From the NCBI RefSeq assembly GCF_036321535.1, contig NC_087436.1, positions 30,258,001-30,322,000 of the forward strand: 64,000 bases of DNA, in the 5' to 3' direction. Every line of letters begins with the position of its first letter. Position 1 is the stretch's first letter. Made by a program: the position numbers and the translations under genes. The notes under the pieces were generated by a model. It did no database searches, had not been told where the DNA came from, and worked only from the letters and a program-made list of their open reading frames with translations. Positions 39,801-52,900 of this stretch are shown here, one piece after another. The DNA is from Camelus dromedarius. Taxonomy: Eukaryota.

Positions 39801-41959
39801 ATATTATGTATATATTTTATCATATTTTATCACAACTTTTGTCACTTAAGTTTTTCTTCAGCCTTACAAACATTTAAAACTATGAAGGGGAAAATTTTCA
39901 CAAGAAATAATTTGGATTATTTTAGCTGAAAATACTATTACTTGATTTATTGTCTTTCTTAAAAAGTGTTTGCTTTATATGTGCTTGTACAAATGAAGAT
40001 TTTATAGATTTGCTAATTAAAATAGTGAAGTAAGTTAAGAAAACACATTGAGATTTCTAGGAACATATACAGGGGTCTTGTACTTACTTACAATGTAAGT
40101 TAACCATATTCTCTTTCTCTAATCTGATATAAATTGAAAGCTGAAGTGCCATTTTTTCTATATCATTTTTTTTCTTACAATCATTTAGTTAGTAGTGATA
40201 GATGGGGCATTTGCTTGTCGTGAATAGCATGCTATACATCTATTTTAATGAATTTTAGCCATCAACTTAATTGATAGCTTCAAACAGTGGGATAGATTTA
40301 TTCCTACAATGAATAAAACTACAGAACATTTGCAGCCTGTATAAATTATGTTAACACTTCTATTGCCTCTCCATTTTCAGCCTAATATACTGCTAATTTT
40401 AAAAGAAATCAATCAAACAATATATAATATATCACTATACCATAGTTTCTGTTTAAGCAGAGTAAAAATATTTTTTCTGTAATGCTTTAAAACTATGTGT
40501 TAAATGATTTTGCCAGGAGCGTTCACTGAACCATGAAGCTTTTGACTTGCCTGATGTATATCTCTGTGAGCTCCCTTTATCATTTTTTACTTTAGACTAT
40601 TTGTCTTTCCCTGGCATCTCACCTGTACAAGCAAGATGTCTCTATTATAATAATTTATTATGTGGAGTTTTGGAAACTGCGTCTCTTAATTAGAAAAAAT
40701 TCTAATTCCATGTAGTTTATTATAAAGAGTAAAATACAGAGAAGTGATGATCAAATATTGATTTTGGAGAGTTTATATATGTAAAACTTCTCTGAGATAA
40801 GTGGAAACTCCTAGGTCAAATATCATAGAACTCAGTACGCTTCAAGGGATGTGGCAATTATATAAGGAAACACATGGCTCAAAACATAATAAATAATTTT
40901 TATGTTTTAATATTTTGCTATATTACTAAGTTGTACGATTTTTACTTTTACTGCATTACTAAAAAATGCATGTTTTAATTATATTAAACTAAATATTACA
41001 GAAAATTGGGATTGTAATTGAATATTTCTTTTGTTTATTAGAATTAACATGCTGCATAGAGGTAGATGATTCATAGATAAAAATTGTAATCACTTGTAAT
41101 TTACCACAATATTTGGTCTAGATAATATCATATTATATTATCTTATGATCCTTTATTATTTTCTTAAGTAAAATGATATAGCTTTGTTTTCCTTTTAGTA
41201 GTACCATTTTCTTTTGGTGAAACTGCACAAAAATTTAAGAAGTGAATGTTTTGCTTTATTTTCATTTTAATATGATTTTAAAGAAATTAAGAAACAGGGA
41301 AATCATGAGGTGATGCTGTAGACCTGTTAACACTGTACTATAAAATTAAGAAACATTTTAATAAAACAGAATTTAATTATATTAATTTCTACAGTTATAG
41401 AAAAGAGGGGATCAAAACTGTTACCCACTGGAGGACAGCAATACAAATAAGATCTAAACATAAGTTGTAATGTTCACTGGGTTAGGCAAAATCCAAGACG
41501 TCCACATTATTACACATGATACGATAAAATGATTTCTTTTTAGATGCTCTGAACATATATTAATGACCCATTGGACTTGGTGGTGATGATTTAAAGAGGA
41601 GATCAGTCAACATGGTTGAGCTTCTCGTATCTCCAGGCATAATCTGCTATACAGGTGCACATACAGGGTAGCCAGAAAGTTGAATGCAGGACAGGGATTC
41701 TTACCAATTACGTACAATGAAGCAAGAAAATGACAAATGCTGTATGCAAGGCAGTTATTTTATTGTTGGAAAATGGAACTTAAGGTGGGTCATTAAAGAA
41801 GTGAAACTGGACAGTGACGATGCTAGGTACAAAGATGGGATATACCACCTGAGGCATTGTAACAGATCATTCCCAGACTTATTGCCATTAAATAGTCAGG
41901 TACTATTCCTATCACTCAGAACATTGAAAAGGGCAGAGTGGGGATCCCTTGTATAAATT

Positions 41960-42225
41960 CTATTGTCTCTATGGTGTCAGGCTGAAGAATCAAGGACCAA
42001 GAACTGGAATCAACTGAAGTTTCACGCACGCACTTGTCTGGTCTGTTGTCTGGGGGCCTCAGTTTCATTCTTCAAGGGCCTCTTGACTGTAGAGATAGTT
42101 TGGGTTTTCTTTCAGCGTAAAACCTGGATCTAAAGACAAGTGCCCCAAGACAAAAAGCCAGGCAGAAGTCCTATGTAACCTTTTATGATACAACTTTGGA
42201 AGTCATGCAGCATCGCTTCTACCAC
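41960..42225 (-). mobile_element. MLT1 LTR fragment
   Basis: tgggggcctcagtttc...ccaggcagaagt...ttttatgatacaactttggaagtcatgcagcatcgcttctaccac. Confidence 0.65.
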
Positions 42226-42445
42226 TTTTTTTTTTTTTTTTTTTTTTTGCTTTTTTTCAGGACTTTACTTCTTTAGAGCAACTTTAAGTTCACAGAAAAA
42301 TTGAGAGAAATGTATATAGGGATTTCCTGCATAATCCCCCATTATCAACATCCCCCTTCAGAGTGTACCTCTGTTACAACTGATGAACCTATATTGACAC
42401 ATTACAATCACCAAAAGTCCACAGTTTACATTAAAGTTCACGCTT
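42226..42445 (-). mobile_element. L1 3' end (L1MC-like) with poly-T
   Basis: A T-run, then ttagagcaactttaagttcacagaaaaattgag...gttacaactgatgaacctatattgacacatt...ccaaaagtccacagtttacatta. Confidence 0.8.
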
Positions 42446-42599
42446 CCTAAAATAACCTTATACAAAACTTGGTTTTGTCTCAGTTGAGTGCCTGTGTATT
42501 CAGTGAGGTTTCTGTAGCCTTTTTCATCAAAATTCCCATTTCTGCCACCAGTTTTTGACTTCTCAACTTTTCATTTGGGTCCCTGCTCCCTGGTAACTG

Positions 42600-43025
42600 T
42601 CCTCTGTCAGGCCGCATGGAATATTTCCTTGTATATCTGCAGCTTATTATCCAGCCAGAAATAAAAAGAGATCCCTAAGTGAATATTTAGAGAGCCTTGT
42701 CTGAATAGCATCTTGCTTGCTAGTAACCTAACACCACAAACTGAAGCCACGTGAGCAGCCCTGAAACTCAAGTTCTTTGTTTCCAGCTCAGTGATACCAT
42801 TGTGTTTTGTTCCTAAACTACAATCTGAAAGGTAAACTCAGGTATAAAGCCAAGATATACAGATTGTTCAACATGCTTTGTTTCCTTCTTTCAGGCATCA
42901 AATTCCAATATTACCCATTAAATAACACTGGAAAATAGCTGACCCATGTATATTCCCTAGTTTTTATATTCGTTTTTACTGGGATATATATTCCTGTTCT
43001 GGTCACTCCATCTTGGCTAGCTAGA
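42600..43025 (-). mobile_element. Ancient L1 5'-end fragment
   Basis: tttgtttccttctttcagg...gaaaatagctgacccatgtatattccctagtttt...gtcactccatcttggctag resembles antisense L1ME-type 5' ends. Confidence 0.5.
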
Positions 43026-46000
43026 GGATCCATTTTTAAAACAATATTAACAAACTAGGGGATAGCCTTTTTTAGAACAGTGCTAATATAGTAAAGACAA
43101 AAAATCTGAAAGGAATGATCTTTCTTGGACTTGGAAATGTCCAAGTAAAATCATCAACAGAGTGTGTTAATATATTGCTCACATTTAGATATATGTGGGA
43201 TGTATAATTAGAGAAAATACGGTGGAATTTTATTAATGATATCATCATAAGAATATTTTATCATGACCCACAGATCTTGGCTTTATACCTGAGTTTACAT
43301 TTCATTATAGTAATATTCAGCATGTTTGATGAGAATGCAGTTATATTCTCAAGTTTTTGAAACTTTGTACATTTTTCCCTAATTTAATAATCTAAATGTG
43401 TGAAAGGAATCAGATTGCAGAAAGAACATTAAAATAATGTTATATTTATCTAAATACTGATTTCCTTTCAATCACTTCAACCAGACTAAATTCTCTGATG
43501 ACAGTGATAGTGCCTTAGTTGTCTCTCTATCTCTTTTTCCAAATATAAAGACTGGAAGACAAAGGTTTGGATAATGGATCAATGTATTAATAGAAAGAAA
43601 AATCAAAATAGAAGTGATATCAGAAACCATGTTATGATCACATGAACATGGGTTTTAAGATTGCAATAATATAATAAATATATTACTGTCAGGTGGAAAG
43701 TAGAGAGTAAGTGAATATATAATTTTAAATTAAAAGTATGACTGTGTTAATACCATTGTTAGTAGTATTTTTAGAGGGTAATTTCATCAAAGGAAAGAAA
43801 GACAATAGTCAGGCTAATCAATACTAGGTCAGACTCAGTGAATCCAAGATTGACTTCTCCACACCTACCTTACTGTACACTGAGAAAATTTTCAGACATA
43901 CATTGTCTTGTAACTGGTCATGGGTTTTGATATAATAATTTTAATTATAACTAGAAAAGGAATGGATGGAATAAATTGAAGAGATACAGTGTTGTTTTTT
44001 TTTAAATCCAGATATTCCCAAGAACCAGAGTCAGAATTCTCAAAACTATTAAGCTAAGTACCACAATAATGAACGTTCAAACTCAGAATATTCTCAGAAA
44101 CCTTTCGGCAAATGCTTGTTTGTCAATTATATTGTACTCTGCACCAGGCATTCAATTTTAATTCTAGGAGTGTACTGCTTTGAAATAAAAATCATGTTGA
44201 GAAAGCGATTAAGTGTTTAATTCTACTTAATATTAGCTCATATAGGATTTCTAAAAGGAGAGTAGAAAAATAATGAAAGTATTTTGACATTTATATATAG
44301 AACTTAGGTTATTTAATTTTGAATAAAACAGGTGGGAGTTAATTGAGGGCAAACATGAGCCTGAGTATACATAAAATTAAATTTTGAATAAATTATTACA
44401 AGAAAAAATTAACTGTGATTGACATGTGAAGATAAAATCAAATACCAAAAATTCACACCATATTCAGGAGCTAAGGATTAAAAAAAAAAAAGTAGAAATT
44501 AGAAATATATGGATAACATAAGAGTAATTAACAATTTAATAAAATGACATTTTATAGAGTGCTTTGAAATTTGATTTTAGAGCAAAATGTTATGTGAAAT
44601 ATATATGAGACTCCTCAGGTAGTATAAATCATTTTTTACCTCAACATTAAGTAATTAAACTACAACTCAAATTATTACTTGAGACTATCTGAAAATTCAC
44701 CTTGAAAGTAATATGTCTTTGATTTTGTAATGGTCATTTCCTTTGTTCTCTTATCTTCAAAGATTTTTTAGTTTTGAATAAAAGCAGATGCCTAACCTTT
44801 TCTTTCTTTGGTAATAGATTTGTATTGGTGTCTATTTTAAAGGTAAGGTACTCACTGATGAAATCTGGAACCATAATTCGTCGTGTAAGGACTGAATGTG
44901 TTAGGAATTTCCTCTAGTGCTACTTTTACAGAATGCTGTGATATGCTAGTTTGAAATGTGCTTTGACATGAAGATGTTTCAAAATTGCGCTGAATGAATG
45001 CTCAAGGAATCTCATATATATATAAATATTCTAAATAAGTAAATATAAATAATATATGCTTAGGAATAACTGATCATAGTGGATCTTTAAAGAAACAGTC
45101 TGGACAATTTTATACATACAGAGAAAACCTGAAAATGTTACATTAGATGATTAAGATGCCAATATTATTATTTGGGGACTCTTTATTCAGAGAAATTTAA
45201 TTGTATTTAAAATTCTACACATTCCTAAATTTTGTGCAGTTCTTACTTTGTTCTCACCTTTTATTTTGTCCTTTATTATAATTGCAGGCTTCCCTTTGTT
45301 ATGACCTTTTGAAAACTTAAAATGGAAGTTCAATTAGATTACCAACCAAGACATTTATCCTTATTAACAAAAAGTCAGCTGAAATAATCTTGTCATTTGA
45401 ATTCTCAAGAATTCTAAAACAAATACTTTTTAAAATTTTTCAACATTTTCAATTTTAGCTTGATTACCTCCAACAATACACACAGTAACAGATCGGAGGG
45501 CACAACATTATGCAAAATGTAGCAACAAGTCATATCATGTGGATTTTATGTTTGCATGTGGAGTACATAATTTTGCACACAGGATTTTCCACCAAATAAA
45601 TCAATGAATCTAACTTTCAAGACTGATAGTGCCAAACTTCCTAAATACTAATGGATGCTGAGTATAGTGAGCTGGAAACTAGATGCTCAATATTAATTAT
45701 GTTAAAAATGGACCTGTGTACCACCAAATTAATAAAGTCAGCAGTCTTGGTATATCTATCTTCTCATTGTTTATACAATAGCATTAAATTGAAGAACCTA
45801 TGTAAAATCTTTAATTTGATATATTTATTTTAATAAAATATTTTAAAAATATATGAATGTTCTTTAAAATATAAAACAGTCAACTCTACTTTTTGCTCCC
45901 TTATTCCTCAATCAATCAATGTGTAAACACCATTTTTACTAATTCCAAAATATTTTATCAAAACATTTACTTTGTTTCTACCTACAAGGACATGACAGAC

Positions 46001-46129
46001 TACGATTATATGAGTACTTGGAACAATTGGCATTTAATAGTATTCTTTTAGTAATAAGGTGCATAACCCCAATTTAAAATAGATTAATTAAAGTATAAGT
46101 TGGAAGGATTGTAGGATATCAAGAAAAAT

Positions 46130-46462
46130 CTGTTTCATTCTGTTGATTGTTTCCTTTGCTGTGCAGAAGCTTTTTAGTTTGATGTGGTCCCACTTGTCTA
46201 ATTTTGTTTTTGGTGTCGTATCCAAGAAATCATTTCCAAGCCTAATGCCAAGAAACTTTCCCCAGATGATTTCTTCTAGGAGTTTTACAGTTTCTGATCT
46301 TGCATTTAAATCTAATCCACTTTGAGTTGTTTTTGTGTGTGTGTGTGTATAGGGAAAGAAAAAAGTCCAATTTCTTTTTCTTTTTTTGCATGTGATATCC
46401 AGTTTCCCCAACATACTTGTTGAAGAGACTGTCCTTTTTCTATATTGTATTCTTGACATCCT
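46130..46462 (-). mobile_element. Inverted 5' segment of an L1 (ORF2 fragment)
   Basis: The minus-strand ORF includes DLNARSETVKLLEE..LGNDFLDTTPK..KWDHIKLKSFCTAKETINRMK. Confidence 0.92.
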
Positions 46463-46467
46463 AAGAG

Positions 46468-47045
46468 TCATCATTCGACCCCACAATTCCACTTCTGAGT
46501 ATATATCCAGAAGAATTGAAATCAGGACCTAGAAGAGGTATATGCACTCCCATGTTCACTGCAGCATTATTTACAGTAGTTAAGCTATGAGAACAAATCT
46601 AAGTGGCCACCAACTGATGAATGAAGAAAACATTATCTATATGCATATATGTGTGTATATATTTATATATATATGAATCTTATTTAGCCTTTAAAAAAGA
46701 AGGAATCCTGCAATATATTATAACTTGGATAAACCTGGAGAACATCATGCTAAGTGAAATAAGCCAATCACAAAAGGACACAAACTGCATGGTTCCACTT
46801 ATATGAAGAATCTAAAGTAGTCAAACTCAGAAACAGAGAGTAAAATGGTGTTGGCAGGGGTTGGGGTGGAGGAAAGTGTTGCTATTCAAAGGATACAGAG
46901 TTTTAAATATGCAAGATGAATAAGTTCTAGAGATCTGCTATGCAACGCTGTACCTATAGTTAACAGTACTGTCCTGTGTATCCAAATTTTTGTTGAGGAG
47001 AGATTTCATATCAAGTGTTTCTACCACAATAATATTAAAAAAAAA
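46468..47045 (+). mobile_element. Sense 3' segment of the same L1 (L1MA/MB-like 3'UTR, poly-A)
   Basis: ttcgaccccacaattccacttctgagtatatatcc...aacctggagaacatcatgctaagtgaaataagcca...gatgaataagttctagagatctgct...accacaat, then an A-run. Confidence 0.92.
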
Positions 47046-47309
47046 CAGTGATTGATTATATGAAATATTATGGAGCAACTTAAAATAATGTAACAAACTT
47101 ATATTTAATTACCTGAAAAGTATTTCTGAAATCTCATAATCTAAAGAAATAAAAGTATAACTATACCTGTAACAAAATCTGTTTTTCAAATAAAAAAATA
47201 AAAGTAGAGTAGATGTTATTGAGAAGTCATTGTCTTATGTGTTCACTGTCAGTCCCTCAGTGTTCTCTTTGTTTCATAACCTGCTTCACTCAAAATAAAT
47301 TTTCAGTTG

Positions 47310-47740
47310 CCAGTCAGAATAATTACTCTACAACGTAAATGTCATTATAATGCATCCATGCTTGAAGTTATTTCTGCTTATAATTAATTTTAAACTTGGC
47401 TTGACACACCTACCCTCCCTTGAATTGCTGCATCTTCTACCACATCACACTATTGTGTAAGCCATATGAAACTGCACTCTTGGAGGAATTTTCTACACTC
47501 TCCCTGTGTTCTTTCTGAACACACTATGCTTTCGATATGAATCAGTTTTGTAAGACACTTTGCCCTTTGGCCACAATTTCACTTGGATAAAACCTTCCTG
47601 AAAAATATGATATGCATTGTTTCCCTAATATGTACTTTCAAATGTTACTTTTTATAATACATTTAAAACCCCAATTGTAATTGCATATTTAACTGTCTTT
47701 CTCTTCTGCCAGATTGTAAATTCCTCAATGAAGGTGGAGG
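47310..47740 (+). mobile_element. L2 3' fragment
   Basis: Ends ttgtaattgcatatttaactgtctttctcttctgccagattgtaaattcctcaatgaagg, typical of the L2 3' region. Confidence 0.55.
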
Positions 47741-48383
47741 AAAGCCCCTGTGATTCCTAAAAGAATGTTGCATAGAAACCCAATAGTATTACTCCCATCT
47801 GTGAAATGACACAATACAGAATCTGAGACAGTAATTTTAGCTAACCTTCCTGAAGAACTCAGATAGAGTCTAAATGAAAGAGAGTCTGAGAAAGTCTTGT
47901 TTAAAGCTTCCAGTCTCAAGCTGTACAGAGACAGTCTAGGTATAGAATAGTCAATGCAGGCCTGAGAGTCATTGAGTAAATAGGTGGTAGAGAAGTAAGA
48001 ATACAAAAACAGTTAAAATCAAGACAATAGACATAAAACATCTTGGAATTTTCAGTAAAGGGAAAACAGTCAAAATACATTGGTTGGGTAAAATAGTGTC
48101 ATTTACCACAGCATTATGACAGCGGTTTATGTTTCTAATGATAACCTTTGGCCATCAAGGCAAATAATAATCATATTAGTACAGTAAATTAAAAATCTTG
48201 ACCTTTAATAATATTTAGCTCATAAATGTTTAGATTTAAGTTTGTTTAAAATTTTCCTAGGTTCCTCATGAAGTACTTCAATTTTCTGGAAATCAAAACT
48301 AGCATGGTAAACAATATCTAAACATTTCTAGGTAATTTCAATTTTAGAGTTAAGGAACATCTTCCATAGAAATCAATAAGACA

Positions 48384-48534
48384 GAGGGGAAGGTATAGCT
48401 CAGTGGTAGAGTGCATGCTTAACATGCACGAAGTCCTGGGTTCAATCCCCAGTACCTCCATTAAGAATAAATAAATAAATGAATCAAATCACCTCCTCCC
48501 CCCAAAAATCCAAAACAAAACAAAAAATAAAAAA
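48384..48534 (+). mobile_element. tRNA-Ala-derived SINE (camelid vic-1-like) with 14-bp TSD
   Basis: tRNA-like head at 48386-48460 with an A box (tagctcagtggt) and B box (gggttcaatccc). (AATA)n and an A-rich tail follow. Perfect TSD agaaatcaataaga at 48368-48381 and 48535-48548. Confidence 0.93.
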
Positions 48535-48899
48535 AGAAATCAATAAGAGAAGGACAATTTACCAAGTGTTATTTTCAGTATGAATGTGTGTTTTAATTTA
48601 ATCATTTTTCTTTAACTGATCACTGGATTCCCCCTACTCTTTGTTAATTAGAAGGAGAATGTTGGTTGATGCTTTGACTAGCTGTTGTGCCAAATAAAAA
48701 TTAAACTCAGTTATTTACAAACCAGATAATGTGAAAAAGCAAAGAGATTATTCAAATTTAATATTGCAAAATAATACGATTTATTTGTGATTAGTCAAAA
48801 AAAGTTTAACTCTTAACAAGTGATAACTGACTTCATTGAGTTTCTACTTAGCTTTGTTTATGAGAGCGGGATCAGAAGTTTTCAAACTAAGAGTGTACA

Positions 48900-49140
48900 G
48901 GAAAACTTTCATAAAGAGTGTTCCATAGAACATCGGTCCATGCATTTTTAAATAGTGTTGTGCAGAGCAGATTTATGATTTGCAAAATAGAAATATGATG
49001 AGTAAAACAATACTAAAGAAGTGTGTTTATAACTTCTCAAACTGTTCATCAAGTAGTGTGCTTTTTGATCACAGGATCCATTTTTCAGGGCACTCCTCTT
49101 AGATTAACATTTCATGAAATATACTGTAAAACATATTGTT
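48900..49140. mobile_element. hAT-Charlie-type MITE relic (MER112-like)
   Basis: aaagagtgttccatagaacatc at the left. tttgatcacaggatccatttttca...catttcatgaaatatactgtaaaacatattg at the right. Degenerate inverted ends. Confidence 0.45.
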
Positions 49141-49572
49141 ACATTTATTTAGTTAGGGAACCATCATAAAAAGCTAAGCAAAAAAATTTTAAACAGAACA
49201 TTCTTCCCTCCTTATTCTCCAACAACAACAAAGACAAAAAGATAAGGTTAAAAAGTACATCCTTATCCTACAATTATGGAAAATCAGACTCTGTCAATTA
49301 TATCCTATGATGTAGAAAATATGTTTTGTTTTATAGTTTATGTAATCTGCTTGATCCTATTTTTTTCCAATCTATCATTTTGACTTTGTTCTTCAAAATA
49401 AAATCAACTATAATTGAATTGATTACCTCTTCCTTAAACAAAATAAAACACAGTTGGAGAGGACTTGAAGATCAAATAACTAACACACTATGAATATAAA
49501 CAAAATATGTAATTAAAACTAAAAGGTCACTCCCTTGCATTTTAATATTAGACAACGCTTATTTCTGTGTGC

Positions 49573-49690
49573 TTTTCTCCAGTTTTAATGAGATATAATT
49601 GACATATGACATTGTGTAAGCTGAAGGTGTACAATGTGTTCATTTGATACATATATATCACAAAGTGATTACCACCACAGCATTAGCCTC
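49573..49690 (-). mobile_element. Short L1MA-type 3' tail
   Basis: cagttttaatgagatataattgacatatgacattgtgtaag...ggtgtacaatgtg is similar to the start of the 13264 element. Confidence 0.8.
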
Positions 49691-49691
49691 A

Positions 49692-49721
49692 TGACACATA
49701 TATACTTGACACATATATACT
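49692..49721. repeat. Perfect 15-bp tandem duplication
   Basis: tgacacatatatact occurs twice in tandem. Confidence 0.9.
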
Positions 49722-49729
49722 TGAAAGCT

Positions 49730-49952
49730 GTCAACATTTGTATAACACCATGTACTAGGTACAGCCCTAAGTACTTCTCACTAAGTTTTCACAACAATCC
49801 TATGGAGTTATATTATGATAATCTCTTTATTTTAGAGTTGAGGAAAGAAGCTGATTAAAGTAAGGTCATCTGCTAAGATCACACAGTAAGTACATGGCAT
49901 GGCCACATTTGAAAGTACGTAGTCTGCCTCCAGAGTCCATATCCTCCAACCT
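49730..49952 (-). mobile_element. MIR, near full length
   Basis: ttcacaacaatcctatggagtt...tattttagagttgaggaaagaagct...ctaagatcacacagtaagt...tttgaaagtacgtagtctgcctccagagtcc. Confidence 0.82.
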
Positions 49953-52900
49953 TCCTTGTAAAGCTTAATAATGAGGAGCAATGACTTTATACATTCATAG
50001 TACTTTTGTTTGGGCTTCTATGGATCAACAAATTATATTTCATTTTTTATAGAAAACAGTATTTTGGGGAAAAGATAGCCATTGGCATAACTAATTTTAT
50101 TAATTACCTTAAAATAATTGTTTCCTTGCTGCATAGAGGATAACATTATCTTTAGATGGGGAGAAAAAAAGACAGTTTAACACAAAAATAGATCTATTCA
50201 AGGAAGAGCAAGTTTGCCTTCGCAGTGGCAATAAATTAATATCAAACACTCACTTTATTGCTTATAAAATGATAACAAATAAAATAACAATGACCATGGA
50301 CTTTTATATAACTCATCGCTATATTTTATAAGTATACATTATGCACAACATGTGCATACCAATTATAGGCGCTTAAATGAACGTTATTTAATAAGATCAT
50401 TCTTCCTGTATTTTACTTTTCCGTTTAAATACTTGATTATTTTATTAATAGTAAGCATGGACAACACCATTAATTAATATTCTCTTATTCAAACCTTTCT
50501 CATGATTTTCAGTCTTTTTCTCACTACTACATAAAAAGAAGTGTCATCCATTCAAACACTACAGAGACAAAAATGTGAGAAATATAGACAGTGTGATATT
50601 TATACAACAGTTAAAACTGCTATCTTCACAGAAAGAAAATATTGTTTTGACTTGCAAACTGAGAAAAAGTAAGTAGGGATGTCAGTACTGGAGAATAAAC
50701 GTAGACTGTAGATGTCATGTTCTTACATCGTCACTGTTCTGGCCATAATTACACTTTAAAGTGAAACTTGTGGATAAAGAATATTTGAAGATAGTGTAAA
50801 CTAGAATGACCGTAACACATTCTCAGGCAAAATGACTGTATATATTTTTCTAATATTTGATCACCGTTAATGAACTCCCCATGAAAGTTACGGTTTTGAG
50901 AAATTGGTAAAAACCATACTTCTAAGAAAAAAGAGACTGAAGTACCTACACAGCATACCAGAAACCAAACTGAGTAAGTTGTCTTTCCTAAAGTTGTTTC
51001 TCTAAGATTAATCTTCTTAGAGAACAATGAATTATTTATTTGAGCATTTTCTACCATAGGTGGGGAGAGGAAGAGAAATATACATTATTTCTGCTACCCT
51101 CTCTTTTTTATTGATATTATGTTCTCACTCATAAGTACCCTGTGTATAAACAGATGACTATTGCTGCTCAAATCTATGGAGTATATAGTGAGAACCAAAA
51201 TTCTCATTATTGTGTCATTTCAATTATTATTTTTCAAAACCATGTGCAGATTTATCACTACATCTCTATGAAAGAAGAAGTCACACTATACCTCTGAAAT
51301 CTAGATCATTTAATGACATATTTTCAGTATTTATCATGCAAATATATCAACTAATAGAAGTTAAGAACTTTTATCTTGCTGTACCCACTGGTGAAGTAAA
51401 ACGTTAAAAATAACTAGTCACCGATTTTGTCCTAATGCTCCTTAATAAACAGAGACAAGGGTTATAGGGTTATTCATCAGCTTTATATGATACTGGGCAG
51501 AAGATCCCTTCAACTGCCAAATACTGAATAGCAGTGCAAAATGCATTTACCGATATTTTCCAAGAAAATAATTATGTGTAGGAGAGAAAAGGATAGGAAC
51601 AAAGAACACTTTGTCACCTTTAAAATTATACAGGATGAAAAATATAACCTGAAATATGATTTTGTAAGACTGAAATGGATAATTTAAAATGTAAATAGAT
51701 CTATGAAAGTCTAATAAGATGTAAGAGAGAGTGGACAAGGAATAATACACCTGGACAGAAGCAATACTCTGCATAGTGTGCTTTGTATCAAATGAAGACC
51801 CTATATGTCTACAAATGCTGACAGCAGTTGACCCAGAAAAACAACCCAAACCTGAAATAATTTTCTAAGTCAGTATTTTGTGAAAACCACAAAAGACATA
51901 ATCTGACAATTATTATATTAACAATTTAGAAGGAGAACTATATATTTCCAACTAGCATAATTATGCACTCCAAAATATAACTTAGGGTACGATGAAAACC
52001 CTTTCTTAGTAATGGTAGGTTAATTGTCTCTGCTCTTACTCTGGGGCTAGCTCTTCCTTATTTATCTATTTTTCCCTTTATTTCAAGAGAATTTTGCTCT
52101 TCTGATGATTTTCTGCATGTACCATGCTGTTCTTTCATGTGCCCTTCTGCCTTGGAATGGTTAGTTACATCATCCTGATAATATTGTCAGAAAATTCTTA
52201 AGTGTCTGTGTGAACATATTTTAAACTTGCTTTAAACTACTGTGTCTTTATCAATGATATGCTCAAGAGGATTTCTATGCTCCCATTTACTTTGAAGAAT
52301 TTTTTTTCTTTTTACCGTTAGCTACTTATTAATAACGAATAACTTCTTATTCTGTTTAGGCTATCTTACATCTGTAAATGTCTCAATGTGAATTATGCTT
52401 CCAGAACAAGTTGCAACGATATTCAGCCTAATTAAAATTCTGCTCTATTGTAGCTGTGGGTAGGATGTTATAAATCTGTTTTTCTTGGGATGAAAAATAA
52501 TAATGCCTGGTCTGTGTTGGCACTGGATAGCTTACATGTATAAGAGAATCACTGATGCCCCAGGATTTTGTTTTGTTACCTTAAAAAAAAAAAAAAAATT
52601 AAACATCCCTCTCAGACTGAAGTAGTCATTAAAGTTTATCTTTTTGCTCCAACTTGATGATAGCAATAAAAGTTGGAAAGAGAGAATTCTATTGTCCTTG
52701 AACACACAAATCAGTGGACATAATCAGAAGGAACTGTAATTTTTGCTTTTCAACACTTTTAATGATTCTAAAAATCTAAGTTTAAATGATACGATTAAAA
52801 TTACATGCAATTTTGTCTCTCACTCATCCATCTTTGCTAATGCTTCTGACAAAGACACTCATGCTCATAACTAAGTACTTAGTAATAGGACAGTGTTTGT

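Noticed and set aside
46088..46492. 134-aa ORF, the longest in the window
   Set aside because: It is a frameshifted L1 ORF2 fragment in the inverted segment.
48386..48460. tRNA gene (Ala/Val-like)
   Set aside because: It has an A-rich tail and a 14-bp TSD, and no oligo-T terminator follows directly. It is a SINE head.
50749..51849. Two ~100-aa minus-strand ORFs in apparently unique sequence
   Set aside because: Neither has a recognisable domain, their F/I/L/K-rich composition is typical of random AT-rich DNA, and there is no coherent splice structure.
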